DNA of 63,258 nucleotides, the filler included, from Klebsormidium nitens (lineage: Eukaryota > Plantae > Klebsormidiophyceae), in NCBI GenBank assembly GCA_000708835.1. It is 4 parts of 4 records of this genome, joined end to end, with 100 filler letters (N's around TTAATTAATTAA, not from the genome) between each part and the next. Parts side by side here need not be neighbours in the genome. Positions count along the whole stretch, not along the records: positions 27,139 to 50,543 come from DF237843.1; 3 more parts are not named here. One strand, 5' to 3'. Shown in pieces: positions 37,981 through 49,540 of the stretch (positions are counted from its first letter, which is position 1; every line of letters begins with the position of its first letter). The notes under the pieces are model-generated. The model saw nothing but the letters and a program-made list of their open reading frames with translations, made no database searches and was not told where the DNA came from. A program made the translations under genes and the position numbers.

Positions 37981-40900
37981 TTACGAGTCGGACTGAGACG
38001 AAACGCTGTGACGCTCTCGCCATTCTCTTATCTCGATCATCAGGGACAGATCGGTGACTAGCATGCAATGCTCGAGCCGTAAGTTTGTCAATGGAGACGT
38101 CTTGCGCGTCAACAGCCATCTTGATATGAATTGCCGGTCATAGTGATGGCCGTCTGCGGCCAACACAGGCTCTTCCATGAAGTCCTGCAAAGGAACCAAT
38201 GAATGGGTGCAGATATTCACTGTTTACCAGTCTCGAAGCAGATTTCTGACAGGAAACGTTAACAATCAAATTAACCTCGAGGAAGTATGGCGGGCAGAAT
38301 CGACACGAGAAGGCAACCAGTCAATCAGAGTCTGTTTAACTCAATCGTTAACTATTCTCCTGAAGCGAGCATACCCAAAGCTAGCCCTGTACAGAATGTA
38401 ACGAGCACCGCGCCGAGATTGGCCAGGATCAAACCGCGACACCGGGTGCTTATAGAAGATTTAAAATTGAGCGACGTCCTTCGTCAAAGTGAAACAAGGC
38501 CGGCCTCGGAATCGAATTCACGACTCGAGCCTTTCCAGTGATGCGCAAGAATCGCGTTTCCTCATGTGGCGGGAGCGATTCGATTTTCCGGAAGAGGCGA
38601 GTTTTGAAAAAATTCAACGTGGCAAGGAACCTTTCCGGCCGGTTTCTGTATCCAAGATCCAACTAACACGCTCTCGGTTGCCTTTTACCTTTCTTTCAGA
38701 AAAATCTGGCGATTCGAAACCCCGCCAGAAGTCTCATGTCTCTGAAACCCGCCCGGGCCTATCGACCAACGGTCGAGCCGGCAAGATTCATGGGCACATG
38801 TTTGAATCGAGTCGCGCCCCGGAACCGCGTGCACCACTCATAGAGCTGATGTTAACGGACAAGTCGGACTTGAGAGGGGACAAGCTGAGAGCACGCAAAC
38901 ATTAGACCAAGCAGAATTCTAACGCGCAAACGTTTCAACAGAAAGCATAAAAACAAAACCGTTAGCGGAAAGAAAGAGAAGAAGCGGTGATCAAACCTTC
39001 ACCTGAGAGATCGGACACCTGAATTTGTGGGGCACCTCTGGCCCCCCCTCTCGTTCCGACGCCGCGAGCGCGCGCGCTTTCATGGCGGTCAGCACCGGCA
39101 CGATCTGCCTCTCGAGGCTCGGCCGGTCTTTGCGCGCGGTCTCCGTGCAGGCGATCGCGAGACGCGCGAGCGCGGCCGCGTCCTCCGCGGGCCAGCTCCC
39201 CGCGGCCGCGTCTAGAACCGTGCGCAGCCGGCCCGCGGAAACGGCCTCCGACACCACGCGCCGCAGCCCGACGGGCGGCTTGCCGGTCAGCAGCTGCAAC
39301 GTTCAGGCAGAAAAGGTTTCACTACATCTGATAAGTTCACACGAACTTTTGGCCCTTAACCACGGATGGTTATCAGCTGGTCCAGAAGTGGTTGACTATC
39401 CCATAACTGGACTCGGACGATAACCATCTGTGAAAAAAGGTGAACCATCGGTTACTTGTCCAATAACCCAAGCCTCGAGTCTCGTAACCAGCCTGGTTAA
39501 AAGCCAAAATCTTTTGTGGTCAAACGCAAGGGTAAAAAGTGTGCGGGTGAGATGGGACTTCACTCCAACGCGCAGCCCTTTCAAGAAGCTCAGAATGATT
39601 CGTACGTCTCTACCCGAGCGCTCAGAGTTGGAACGGATGATGAAGCAACTAGTGAAGCGTGAGATCTCAATGCTATGTCGATTATTCCCGGCTTGGCAGA
39701 AAACTCAAACCCGGCCACCCTTGAGCCAACGTCGCTGCGCATGTTGTGTCCGGTTTGCTTGTTTCGCACGTTAACGCGTTCTCGTGCGTCGCGGATCCGA
39801 GCATCTGTTCCCCAGTGCAATGCAAAGGTTGGAACTGCAATCCTGGACGGATTTGAATGCAGTGTCGATCTCGAGCGGCCTACCTGCAAGAGGACGACGC
39901 CAAAAGCGAAGACGTCGGAAGCTGGCCCGTACTCGCCCTCGTTCGCGTATTGGGGGTCCATGTATGCGAACGTGCCAACGGCAGAGCCCCCACGGGAGGA
40001 CACGTGGCTGGCCGCCCGGAGGTTTGCCCCGGGCGCGAGCTGAGGTGCGATCTCCGCCAGGCCGACGTCACACAGCTTGCTGACGAGATTACGGTCTAGG
40101 AGGATGTTCGCGGGTTTGACGTCGCTGTAAAAGCGGAGATGGCACAGATTATAAGGCGACGTTTTTTGCACCAGTTTCACGTCGCCGTTCGCAAACCACA
40201 CATTACTTTCTGTGTGATTGTCATCTTTAAAGAACCTTTCTTGATCCAGTTTACAGCCCCTGGATGAGCGACATCCACTCCGGTGATCGTTTTAGCCAGA
40301 GTTCCCTTCATCCGCCTATCAGAAGGACATTCAAGCAAGGAACCATCAACGTTGGATGACGGCACAACTTTTCTCTGTTATATCTTCAAAAAACGCCCCG
40401 CCAGCCCCCTCACCGGTGAATGATGGGGGCGGGCCGGGCGGAGTGCAGCGCCAGCAGCACGACCGCGACCTCGGCCGCGATGCGCGCGCGCGCCTGCCAC
40501 GTCAGCGCGGCGCTGCCGCCCGCGCGGTTCAGCCGGTCATCCAGACTGCCGTTCGGCATGAGGTCGTATACCAGGCAAGCGCGCGGTTCGAGGCACGTGC
40601 CTAGGAGCATCGTGACGTGGGGGTGACGCACGCGGCAGTGCACTTCGACCTCGCGCTGAAACTCCGCGGGGCCTTGTTGGCCGTGCTCGGACAGGACCTT
40701 CGGGAAAACAGTGAAGTTTGGTTAACAGCAAGTTTCAGACAACCCGCCGCTTTTGGTTAGAAAAGTTAGCCGGAGTTACAGTAGTTGCTGCTATCATGGG
40801 AGACTTGAAGAAGTGACTTGTGTGGCCTTCAGGTTTTCCGTGTCTCGCAAAATCGACAAAGTGCTCGCAAAGCGCTGTGGTGATAACGTCTGAAAGCAAG

Positions 40901-43900
40901 AAGGACTTCGCCGAGAACGGATGGGGTTAGTGTGGGGGCAAGAGTCAATATGTGCGGATAATGTCACGTTTTGATTACGCTTTCTCATGTCGGGTGCATG
41001 AGGAAAGTCCTATGCGCTTCCCTATCATATCCTAATATTACTATCAAAGTTTAGTGGTACGGACCTTCACGGCGACCTCGATATGGTCGACCACGCCCTT
41101 ATACACCGTCCCAAACCCCCCGGTTCCGATTATGTTCGCCTCCGCGAAGCCCGCGGTCGCGGCCGCGAGATCCGCGTACGCGTATCGCTTCAACGGCGCG
41201 TGGTCCAGTAAGCGGCCGGCGCTGCGGCACGCCGCCTTGGCCACCTTTTCCAGCTCCCACACCTTCGACTGCTCCACGTGAAGCGCCGCCTCTAGTTGTT
41301 CCGCTCGCTCCCGTTCCGCCGCGAGCGCAGCGCGGAGTCCGCCGATCTCGCGCCGCTTGGCGCCAAGCGCCTCCTCGGAGCGGAGCCAGGAAGAGAGAAC
41401 CGCTTTTTCCGCTGCAGAGAAGACGAGTCCCGGACCGGAATTCCGGTTGGCGGATCCGTCGGTCCTTGGCGAGATCGGAGCGCGTTGTATGCTTGATGAG
41501 GCGTCCGTTACACCGCCACGTGGCGCTTCGGTACCAACCCCAGATCCGATCGTTATCGACGAAGAAAAACGGGTGCTTCCGGCAGGAGACGAGGGAGCGG
41601 AATGAACAAGGAGGATAGGATCGGCCCCGTAATCACCAGAAGCCGCGGAATGAGGGGGATTCGTTTCGAGGCGGTGAACCTGGATGAGGCACTCGCGCGC
41701 GCGCTGCCCATGAGGGGCGGTGCTCGCGCGGGAAGTGGACTCGATCGGAACAAGGTCGGGGGTGCTCGCTCTGAGAGTCGCGGTGCTTGCGGGCGCCGCA
41801 GTTATCGTAGTCTCTGCCACGTTGTCTTCATCGGACAGTGACTGGCCGGAAGACGAGGCGGCTTGCGAACCGACGGCGCGCAGACCAGGCCCTGGGTCAG
41901 CTGCCTCGCTGCTCGCGCGCGTTGCCGGGCTGCTCGCGCGCGGTACTGGACGGCTTGGGCTTCCAGTAAGGGCGTTTGATGGGCCAGCAATAGTGGATGC
42001 CGCAGAGGGTGGTGCTTCGGATATGTAAGACGTCCTAGCCGCAGGCCGTCTTGGAATTGCGGCCTGAGCGAAAGTACTGAGAGGCGCATAGGTGGTGCGA
42101 GGAGCCGATACGAGGTTGGGAACCGGCAATGCGTCCCGCCTGCACAGGTACGTCCGAGATGCGTTTTTGTGTTCCCATATACGGCTTCAATGACCCAGAT
42201 TATTTTGAAAGAGCGTTTTGAGGAAAATCCTGGATCTGAAACATGCAGGGGGCTTCACTTGCGGATGACGGCCTAAGAATCTGAATAGTATTGTAGTACT
42301 CTCCAGCTGAACCGGGGCTCGGCGGAGGTGCTCAAAAACAAAAGTTCAAGGATCCTGATCTGATGATTGAATTCTCAATTTTCACCACGATGACGATGGA
42401 AGAAGAAAAATTCATTGAAGTCCTTTGATGCGGGCGGTCCGACTTGCAAGTTGACATGCCATACCCTCCCCGTGCTAATTCTTTTCACAGAGTGGAATTT
42501 GTTTCACCTATCCAGGTCTCTACCGGTTGCTTTGGATCCTCCAAAGAAATTAATGTCAACTTCGCTTACCTAGCAATGGCATAGGCGCCAAGTATGCCGT
42601 TGGATGTCAGGTATAGCATAATGGGTAGTGGGGAAGGCCTACGGTGCCCGCTCGGGAATCTCGGGTCCTCCCACAGAATTTGCGAGGAGGTTATGTCGAC
42701 GGCTAGTCCAACCACGAAATCTCGCTCCTCTAAAGCTGGACAAACAACAGAGTCACACTCATACAAACTAATAAGTACATTGGTTGTCCTCCAGGATACA
42801 CAGAGAAGACTGACTGACGTGGCAGCGTTTGTTGGCGACAGCGCAGCAGCGCCCGAGCACGGGAAAGTCTGCGCCTCATGTCGCGCGAAAACTCGAGACA
42901 GACGCACAATTTGATAAGCTCCGCATTGCCGAAACTCGTGTCGCTAGTCACATGACGTGTGTACCGCAAACACAAATTCGAAGAGTTATGAGGACTTTTA
43001 ACGGCTTACTCGGAGAGCCCACCCACTGAAGCCATTCGTCTGGCGCACTCCCCCATTTCAACTGTCGCAGCGACTCGAGTTCATAGCCAGCGTTTTCGGC
43101 GCTGGGAAGATCCCAACCCAGCAGATTGATTTGCTCGGAAGCGCTCTTCCGATTAGCAACGAGTATGAAGTTCCTGCAAGCCGCTTCTATCAGATAGTCA
43201 ACCAACTCAGGTCTGTCAAGAGACATTTCAAGCATAGAATCACCCTCTCTGAAGTTGAGTTTTGAACCGCCTCAGATTGAGTTGTCACTACTTCAAGGCA
43301 CGTACCTAGTGAAGCTGTGCTCTGTTTTCTTACCAAACAATCTTTTCATGGCGTAGGAGACGTTCTCCTCTGCGCTTCGTACAAAGGGCAACCGCTCTTC
43401 GATTATACAAATGAACATTCGAAGACGACTGGACCTCTGCTCAAAGCAAAGCAGAGCTGACTTTCGACTGTTGGAAATATTGAAGCGGTTTCCCAAGTTC
43501 ATCTGGTTGAACCGCACAAATCTTTCTAATCATTCCCAAACGAATCACGTAAAGAACTGCCGTACTTCGAGAAGGCGGCGGCTTGTGCTGTTCCTACTCT
43601 AAAGCGATCGCCCTCGCTGGAAGTAGGCAGATGTGTCACTGTCGGGAGCCTGATATATACTACTAAAAGGCATTTGGCAAACCCAAAAACCAGATAACCC
43701 GCTCGTGATCGACGTGAAATATGGTGCCTTCTCTTCCTCAGATTTTGACAAGAACTCTGCCCCTTTGTGATTGGGTGCCTATAGGGTGCGGAGCTTGCAT
43801 TTCTAGGTTTTGATTTCCATGTTGCTTTCCCCCGAGCACGATCCTGTGGATCGAGAAGGATGTTCGCGAAGATTGCAAACTCACCAAGCGCTGATGACAG

Positions 43901-46900
43901 CTGTGTGCAAGTTCGGTCCCGTGTCTGCTCTTGTTGCTCCGGGAAGGATGTGCGGGCAGAGGCCGGTGAACAGGATCTGGCTCAGACTGCCGGTTCTGTC
44001 CGCAAAATCCGAACCAGTGAATCTCAGGGCGACCAGAGGGCTTGTGCCGGATCCGGACGCTTGGATTGGGTCCGATTGCACCAGGCCAAGGAGGAGAAGA
44101 TCAGGGTGAACCCATTCCAGACTGTCGACTGCAAGAAGTGACGTAGTTCTGATGTAAGACAAGTTGAGATGCTTATCCGTGACGTGGGTCCATCGCTTGC
44201 ACAGTTTTGCGAGTGCCCTTAGCCTTCGTCTTACCAGGAAAAAAGGAGACCTTCCAACACAAGGTGATCTAAGGTTGCTAAGAGCGTCAATACTCAGATT
44301 AAATGACGAACAGTGCAGGAGAGATGCTTGGTCGTAAGGCAGGCATCCCCCGTCAAGGTCCCTTTTCTGGTTCACTTATCAGGACAATTCTTTCAGCACC
44401 AGCTTCTGAAGTACCCCAGATAAAGTGAGGGGAGAATTGCGGTTCAGGACGCGGAAAGATTGATCTGTAAGGAAGGTATTCTTGAGTTTCTTGAGTTGCT
44501 TGTGCGAGAGGAAAGAATTGCATGGGCCCTATGGTGATGCCTTTTACGCGCCCGTGGATAGATACCTGCAACAACCGACTCCGGCCGCCAAACAACATTA
44601 CCGAATCTGTGGTTCTGCGGGTTTCGCGGTTATCTGAGAAGCTCGGCGGCGCTCAAAAATGGATAAGAAGGACGACTGGGCGTTCTCACTCCTCTGTTTG
44701 ATGTCATTGTTCGTCCGGTAGTCTCGAGCTCGCAACCCAACCGGCAGCTCAAGTTTGGTAGTAGCAATGAACGCCTTAAGATCTGACGTCTTGATGTAGA
44801 TTGTACCGTCTGTGGATACGTAGGCCACGTGGCGTCCATCGGGGCTCCAAGAAGCTGTAAGAAGTAAGAGGTTAACTGCGTCAGTCACGGCAAAGGAACG
44901 CGTGCACAGATTGGCCAGAGCAGGTGCGGTGCACTATGGTCCGAAGAGGGAATCCGTGTCACGGACGTATCTCCAACTTGAGGTCGATGTCAAGAGCGCA
45001 CGATCTCAGTCGAAACTGATTGGCTGATTATCTTTGGAATGGTCTCTGTCCAGGCCTTGATTTGAGATTTGAGCCTCAGACTCCGACGAGCATGATAAGC
45101 GAAGCGAGGTACTCACTACCTGCTGACTATTATCGGTGCGATGATGGCCTCACGTATCTAGAAAATTGGAAAGACCGCCTTTGGAAAGCGTTGCGCGAAG
45201 AAAGCTCAAAACAAGTCCAGCCCAAGAGTATGCTTTGAGAAACCGGAAGTGGAATGAATGTACCACTTGAAAATGCACGGTAACGCACACGAGATGTTCA
45301 AGGTCTGCTCTGTAAGTCAAGACTTACTCTAATCACAGCTGAAACAAGCACGCCTGAGAGACAGAGGCGAACGCACCAAGTTTCTACAGCCCGTTTGCGA
45401 ATGCTGGCATTAAACCTCTCCAAAGGTGAAATTGACTCTTGCCATTCACGTGTTTTGAAGCCCATCAGTCTGCCACACTAAGTCTTGATTCCTTGTGGAG
45501 TCAGGCCTATGTTGAGTTGGACCAGTTGCCCGGGCTCCTACAAACGAAAACCTTAAACCCAAAGTTTACATGCTACGCACCCGTACCCACCCTTAAAACC
45601 CCAGACCAATCCCACCCGTTCCGTAGGCATGACCTAGGTCCGTACTCAAGATAGCTCACCGTAATTCCATATAAAGTCAAGACTACTTCCGCCAGAGACT
45701 CTGAAGGAAATCAAGACTCGTTTCATCGATGTCTTACCTGCCACCGCTATGAGGACTTCCGGCGAAGGAATAGCGCCCTCGGTCACGTCGGGAATCAGCA
45801 GCAGAATGTTGTTTTCTAAGAGAGCGAGCAGAGTGCAGGGGCCGGTTGGTGACCACGCCAGAGACCGCACGCAACGTCGTGCGAAGGTCCTCAAAGCGGT
45901 GGGGTTCGGCTGAAGTGGAGTAAACGAGAATCAGTACGATCCAGTGTTTCGTCAAAAGCTCCCAACAATCGAGGAGACAGACAACTCTTTATTCTCAGAA
46001 GGCGAGCGCCGGGAGTTGTCACAGTGCCCAGAACGGATGGAGGCGGGGAAGTGTGAAAAAGAGCACTGATCAAAAGATGGGGACACGTGTCCACCGCTAA
46101 ACTCAAGTAGGGTGGGACGGTCCAAAAGCGGGGAAGTCAGGACTCTTGTTCCGTGCGTAGCAGGTCCGGACTCCCTACTTGCCTGCCGGATCATGTCCGT
46201 CTCAGGAATCAAAGACACCATCGAACCAACTCGCGCTGCGCAAGCTTCGAAACGCAGAACGAAGTAGCGGTATCGTTTGAATTAAGTCCGTTCCTTCAAG
46301 TTGAAGCCTTCACCTGTTCCAGAAGCTCCTGCGTTGAGTAGATCGTCAAGTTCCTTTTCGTGCAGACCGCGAGACGCAGCTCGTCGGCTGAGAGGCTGAG
46401 GATGTGAACACTCTCTTCGAACGACACCCGCTTGAATTGTTCTCCTACTCCGTTGGAAGCAGAGGACTCGCGATCGCCCAGTTGGGCGAGCTCAATCAGC
46501 CGAGCCGTGGGGGCAGCATAGACGCCTACAGATGAGTTAGGGAATTTCAGAAGTAAAGGAAGTTTTGGCTGCTAACCAGGCTGATTTACAGAATTTATTT
46601 TCACGTTATTGGACGAATAGCCGGGCTTTGACCTCGGTTCAAGGCGGGCGACCCGCCCAAGTCTAGTTATTGGACATAAAACCACTTAAAACCGTGCCCG
46701 TAAGCAGCCCATAACCGTCCGTGGTCAAGGGCCCAAACCTCATGTGAACGTCAGCGCTTAGATTTAATGGATAAACGAGTTGGGCTCCGCTTTTACAACC
46801 TGGCCAATCCGTCTCTTGCAATCCTTGAGCATCCCAAAGAGAAACTTCTGAAAGAGGCGGTTCACGGGAATGCCGGGTTCCTGAATCTGGCCCAGTGAGT

Positions 46901-47228
46901 CACAATTGCACTGAGGAATTCTCTGATCCTCCATGTGAGTCGAGAAACGAGGAGGACAAGTACACGTGATGGTGTGTTAGGATCCCTCACCGTTTGCATG
47001 CGCAAAGAAAGTCACCCCATAAATGTTGGACACAACCAACAGACGTGCTTTCCCTGGGAGGCTCGACTCCGCAGACCCTTGCTCATTGTCCGTCCAAAGT
47101 CTCAAGGGCCGCCCTAGTTGCTTGAATGAAGCAGAGGAGGTCAACCTCGGACCCTGTTCCGATGTATTCCGGACTCTGGTGGCGATATCAGGGACGGGCC
47201 CCCTTCGAGCTGAACCTGCCGCCGACAT
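37981..47228 (-). CDS. Chimeric protein: Nup214-like N-terminal beta-propeller, Ser/Ala/Pro linker, coiled coil, RLCK-IX-type Ser/Thr kinase, U-box; 12 exons, ~1151 aa
   Basis: Exons 47228-46991, 46525-46314, 45909-45738, 44854-44690, 44128-43885, 43173-43010, 42735-42570, 42139-41065, 40697-40414, 40124-39884, 39293-39003, 38184-37981, all GT-AG and phase-consistent. Propeller motifs LLVVSNIYGVTFFAH, VHILSLSADE, IDSLEWV, LVANRKS, VVGLAVD, MLYLTSNGIL. Kinase motifs IGTGGFGTVYKG, VAVK, HRDVKPANILLD, DVGLA, GTFAYMDP. U-box motifs FRCPISQDFMEEPVLAADG..SPLTN. Kinase and U-box are near certain; the fusion itself is inferred. Confidence 0.8.
39337..39515. mobile_element. Intronic MITE-like repeat, family A, copy 2
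   Basis: TTTTGGCCCTTAACCACGGATGGTT ... TTGTCCAATAACCC ... CAGCCTGGTTAAAAGCCAAAA. Confidence 0.6.
45481..45718. mobile_element. Intronic MITE-like element, family B core
   Basis: TIRs AGTCTTGATTCCTT / AAGGAAATCAAGACT. The core CGCACCCGTACCCACCC is the reverse complement of the 27488 element core. Confidence 0.55.
46555..46750. mobile_element. Intronic MITE-like repeat, family A, copy 3 (reverse orientation)
   Basis: GGAAGTTTTGGCTGCTAACCAGGCTG ... CCATAACCGTCCGTGGTCAAGGGCCCAAACC. Confidence 0.6.
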
Positions 47229-48571
47229 TTCCGTTGCCGTCGATCCCTTGTGTATGGATAAAACACGCCGTCTACTGCTGCACGGACCAAGCATGCACTC
47301 TCTGATCGATCGCCAGAGCGGACTAGGTTTCCATATTACTGGCAAAGCACCGTTAGCAGACGACTCAAACTGGCCTCAGTGGCAAGTGCTTACAATGTTT
47401 GTGCACTAGCTTAGTCGCGTCAGCACGTGCCGGGCATGGAACGCCACAAGATGCGCGAGCTTTTTCTTTTTCAGAACCGATGTCCAAATCCAAACCAGGG
47501 TGAGAATTGACCATAATTGGCCGCAAATGATCGATTCAGATACGGTAGTGCTTTTGCAACTTGCAGGCACCCGCCACTGCCTGCAAGCCACCAACCATGA
47601 TGCAAGAACTGGTCAAACTTGCCGATTCCCTGGACATGAAAAGGACATGAATATAGCTGTGCAAGCAATAGAGGCCGCCTCGCAGGATTGGTCACTTGTA
47701 CCGATGATGTCAGGAATCTACTCGAGAATTTGTCCAGATTAGTCACTGTACGAAAGCTTCGGAACGTCGGAAGGCAGTCAACAATCTGCTTCCTCATACA
47801 ACCAGGACTACAGTCTTCCACCAGGACTACCTACGTCGATCTTCGATCCGACAGCGAAGCCAGGCAAATCAAGGCGGTGAGTTGTACTAAGGCATCCGAA
47901 GAACCAATCATGCACAATGATCCGCGCGCGACCTTGGTGCTCGGGCCATCATATTTGCATGGCGACTTTTGGACTTCCGCCGTCCGGCCCTGCGGTAACG
48001 TACACGTGTCCCGTCCGAGTACTTCAACTGACTACTCGACCGCGCACGCCGACCGGCACCTATTACCACCTCAGTGACATTTGTACCGGCCGTGCACGCG
48101 CAGATACTCGGTACGTTGAGGTGGTAGGACNNNNNNNNNNNNNNNNNNNNNNNNNNNNNNNNNNNNNNNNNNNNNNNNNNNNNNNNNNNNNNNNNNNNNN
48201 NNNNNNNNNNNNNNNNNNNNNNNNNNNNNNNNNNNNNNNNNNNNNNNNNNNNNNNNNNNNNNNNNNNNNNNNNNNNNNNNNNNNNNNNNNNNNNNNNNNN
48301 NNNNNNNNNNNNNNNNNNNNNNNNNNNNNNNNNNNNNNNNNNNNNNNNNNNNNNNNNNNNNNTATGAATATTTGCGAACGACTTGGGGGTAATAGGCAGA
48401 GTCCGCCTTTGAATTATTCAGTGACGGGGGGTGATGGTACAAGGTCACCGCGCCCCCCGGAAAGTTCACAAAGGACTAGCCTACCCTCCAAGGACCCGAG
48501 CGGTCTTACAGCTAGCGTTATCTACCGGTCTCTAATCTGGGTCTTCGAGAATGGTACTTGAGCCTTGGTCT

Positions 48572-49540
48572 TCAGGCCGGGGGATGACGCTGGGGGAAAG
48601 GGTGATCGGGGGACCGCCAAGTCGACAGCAGAATAGAAGAGGCCATAAGCGCGGCGACCCGCGCCCGCGCAGGGTCGTCGAACTCGAGGTAGAGGAGATA
48701 AGCGGAGGATTTCCAATCCCCCTGTTCTTTGATCTGCGCCGGGGAGGCGCCACACTGGAAGGCAAAGGAAGCGCCGCCTCGGCGGAAGGAGTGCCCGGCA
48801 TACCGGGCAGAATCGAAACCAATATGAGACAATTCAGATTTAAATTGGGCCACGAAAGATTTGTGGGTTAAAGTAGTCAGGCGACCAGATTGGTCGGGAA
48901 AAGAAAAGGCAAAGTCCTCAGGGCCACTTGCCACGGCCGAAAATAAGCGGCTTAGAGCATTAACCGGGCACAGAATAGAACCGGGAATAGCCGGCAGAGG
49001 AACTCGGAGGGTCCTTTGACCAAATTGGATGGTTTTTGTCCGGCGAAGGTTTATCCAAACCAGGGACATATCCGGGGCAAATTCAAAATCACCCCTCCTC
49101 ACTGGGGACTGATCTGTGACCGGGTTGGAGCCCTCCTGGGCCGGGCACACGTTAGCCTTCCGAAAAAAACCAAAAAATGCCACCAACATAGCGGCGACGA
49201 AGGCCATAGCCGACGGGGAATACAAATCAAGTCGACGAATGATGCGAGACAAAATGTCCGGAGTGACCGCTAATTTGCGGTTTGGTTGGGCATCTCCCTT
49301 AACCCGTTTTATACCCCGCAAGGTGCGTTCCAGATTGAACATGGCGGGCAGCGGGTTCATTAACCCAGCTTCAAGGTGTAAAACGCGAATCCCATTGAGA
49401 TAGGTTTTAATCGTGCGATAAGAGCAGGTCTCTGCAAGCTTCGTAACATATAAGCAAACAGTCACTTCGTCCGGCTGCATAGGCCGCAGATCATAAGTAG
49501 AGCAGAAGGTGATATAATACGGGCCTGACATGGGCGCCAT
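48572..49540 (-). CDS. Tyrosine recombinase of a DIRS/Ngaro element
   Basis: SAM-like N-terminus (YITFC..YRTIKTYLNGIRVLH). Catalytic residues FFGFFRKAN (R), RRTKT (K), GHSFRRGG (HxxR), GDW, SSAYLLY (Y). Confidence 0.92.
   Translation of the reverse strand: MAPMSGPYYITFCSTYDLRPMQPDEVTVCLYVTKLAETCSYRTIKTYLNGIRVLHLEAGLMNPLPAMFNLERTLRGIKRVKGDAQPNRKLAVTPDILSRIIRRLDLYSPSAMAFVAAMLVAFFGFFRKANVCPAQEGSNPVTDQSPVRRGDFEFAPDMSLVWINLRRTKTIQFGQRTLRVPLPAIPGSILCPVNALSRLFSAVASGPEDFAFSFPDQSGRLTTLTHKSFVAQFKSELSHIGFDSARYAGHSFRRGGASFAFQCGASPAQIKEQGDWKSSAYLLYLEFDDPARARVAALMASSILLSTWRSPDHPFPQRHPPA

Noticed and set aside
45020-45238. Protein-like antisense ORF inside an intron of the chimeric gene
   Set aside because: Only 72 codons, no ATG or splice context and no recognisable motif.
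47400-48130. Possible Ngaro SGNH-hydrolase ORF, or plus-strand exon fragments
   Set aside because: No convincing GDS or GxND motifs; the exon-like pieces could not be joined and are cut by the gap.
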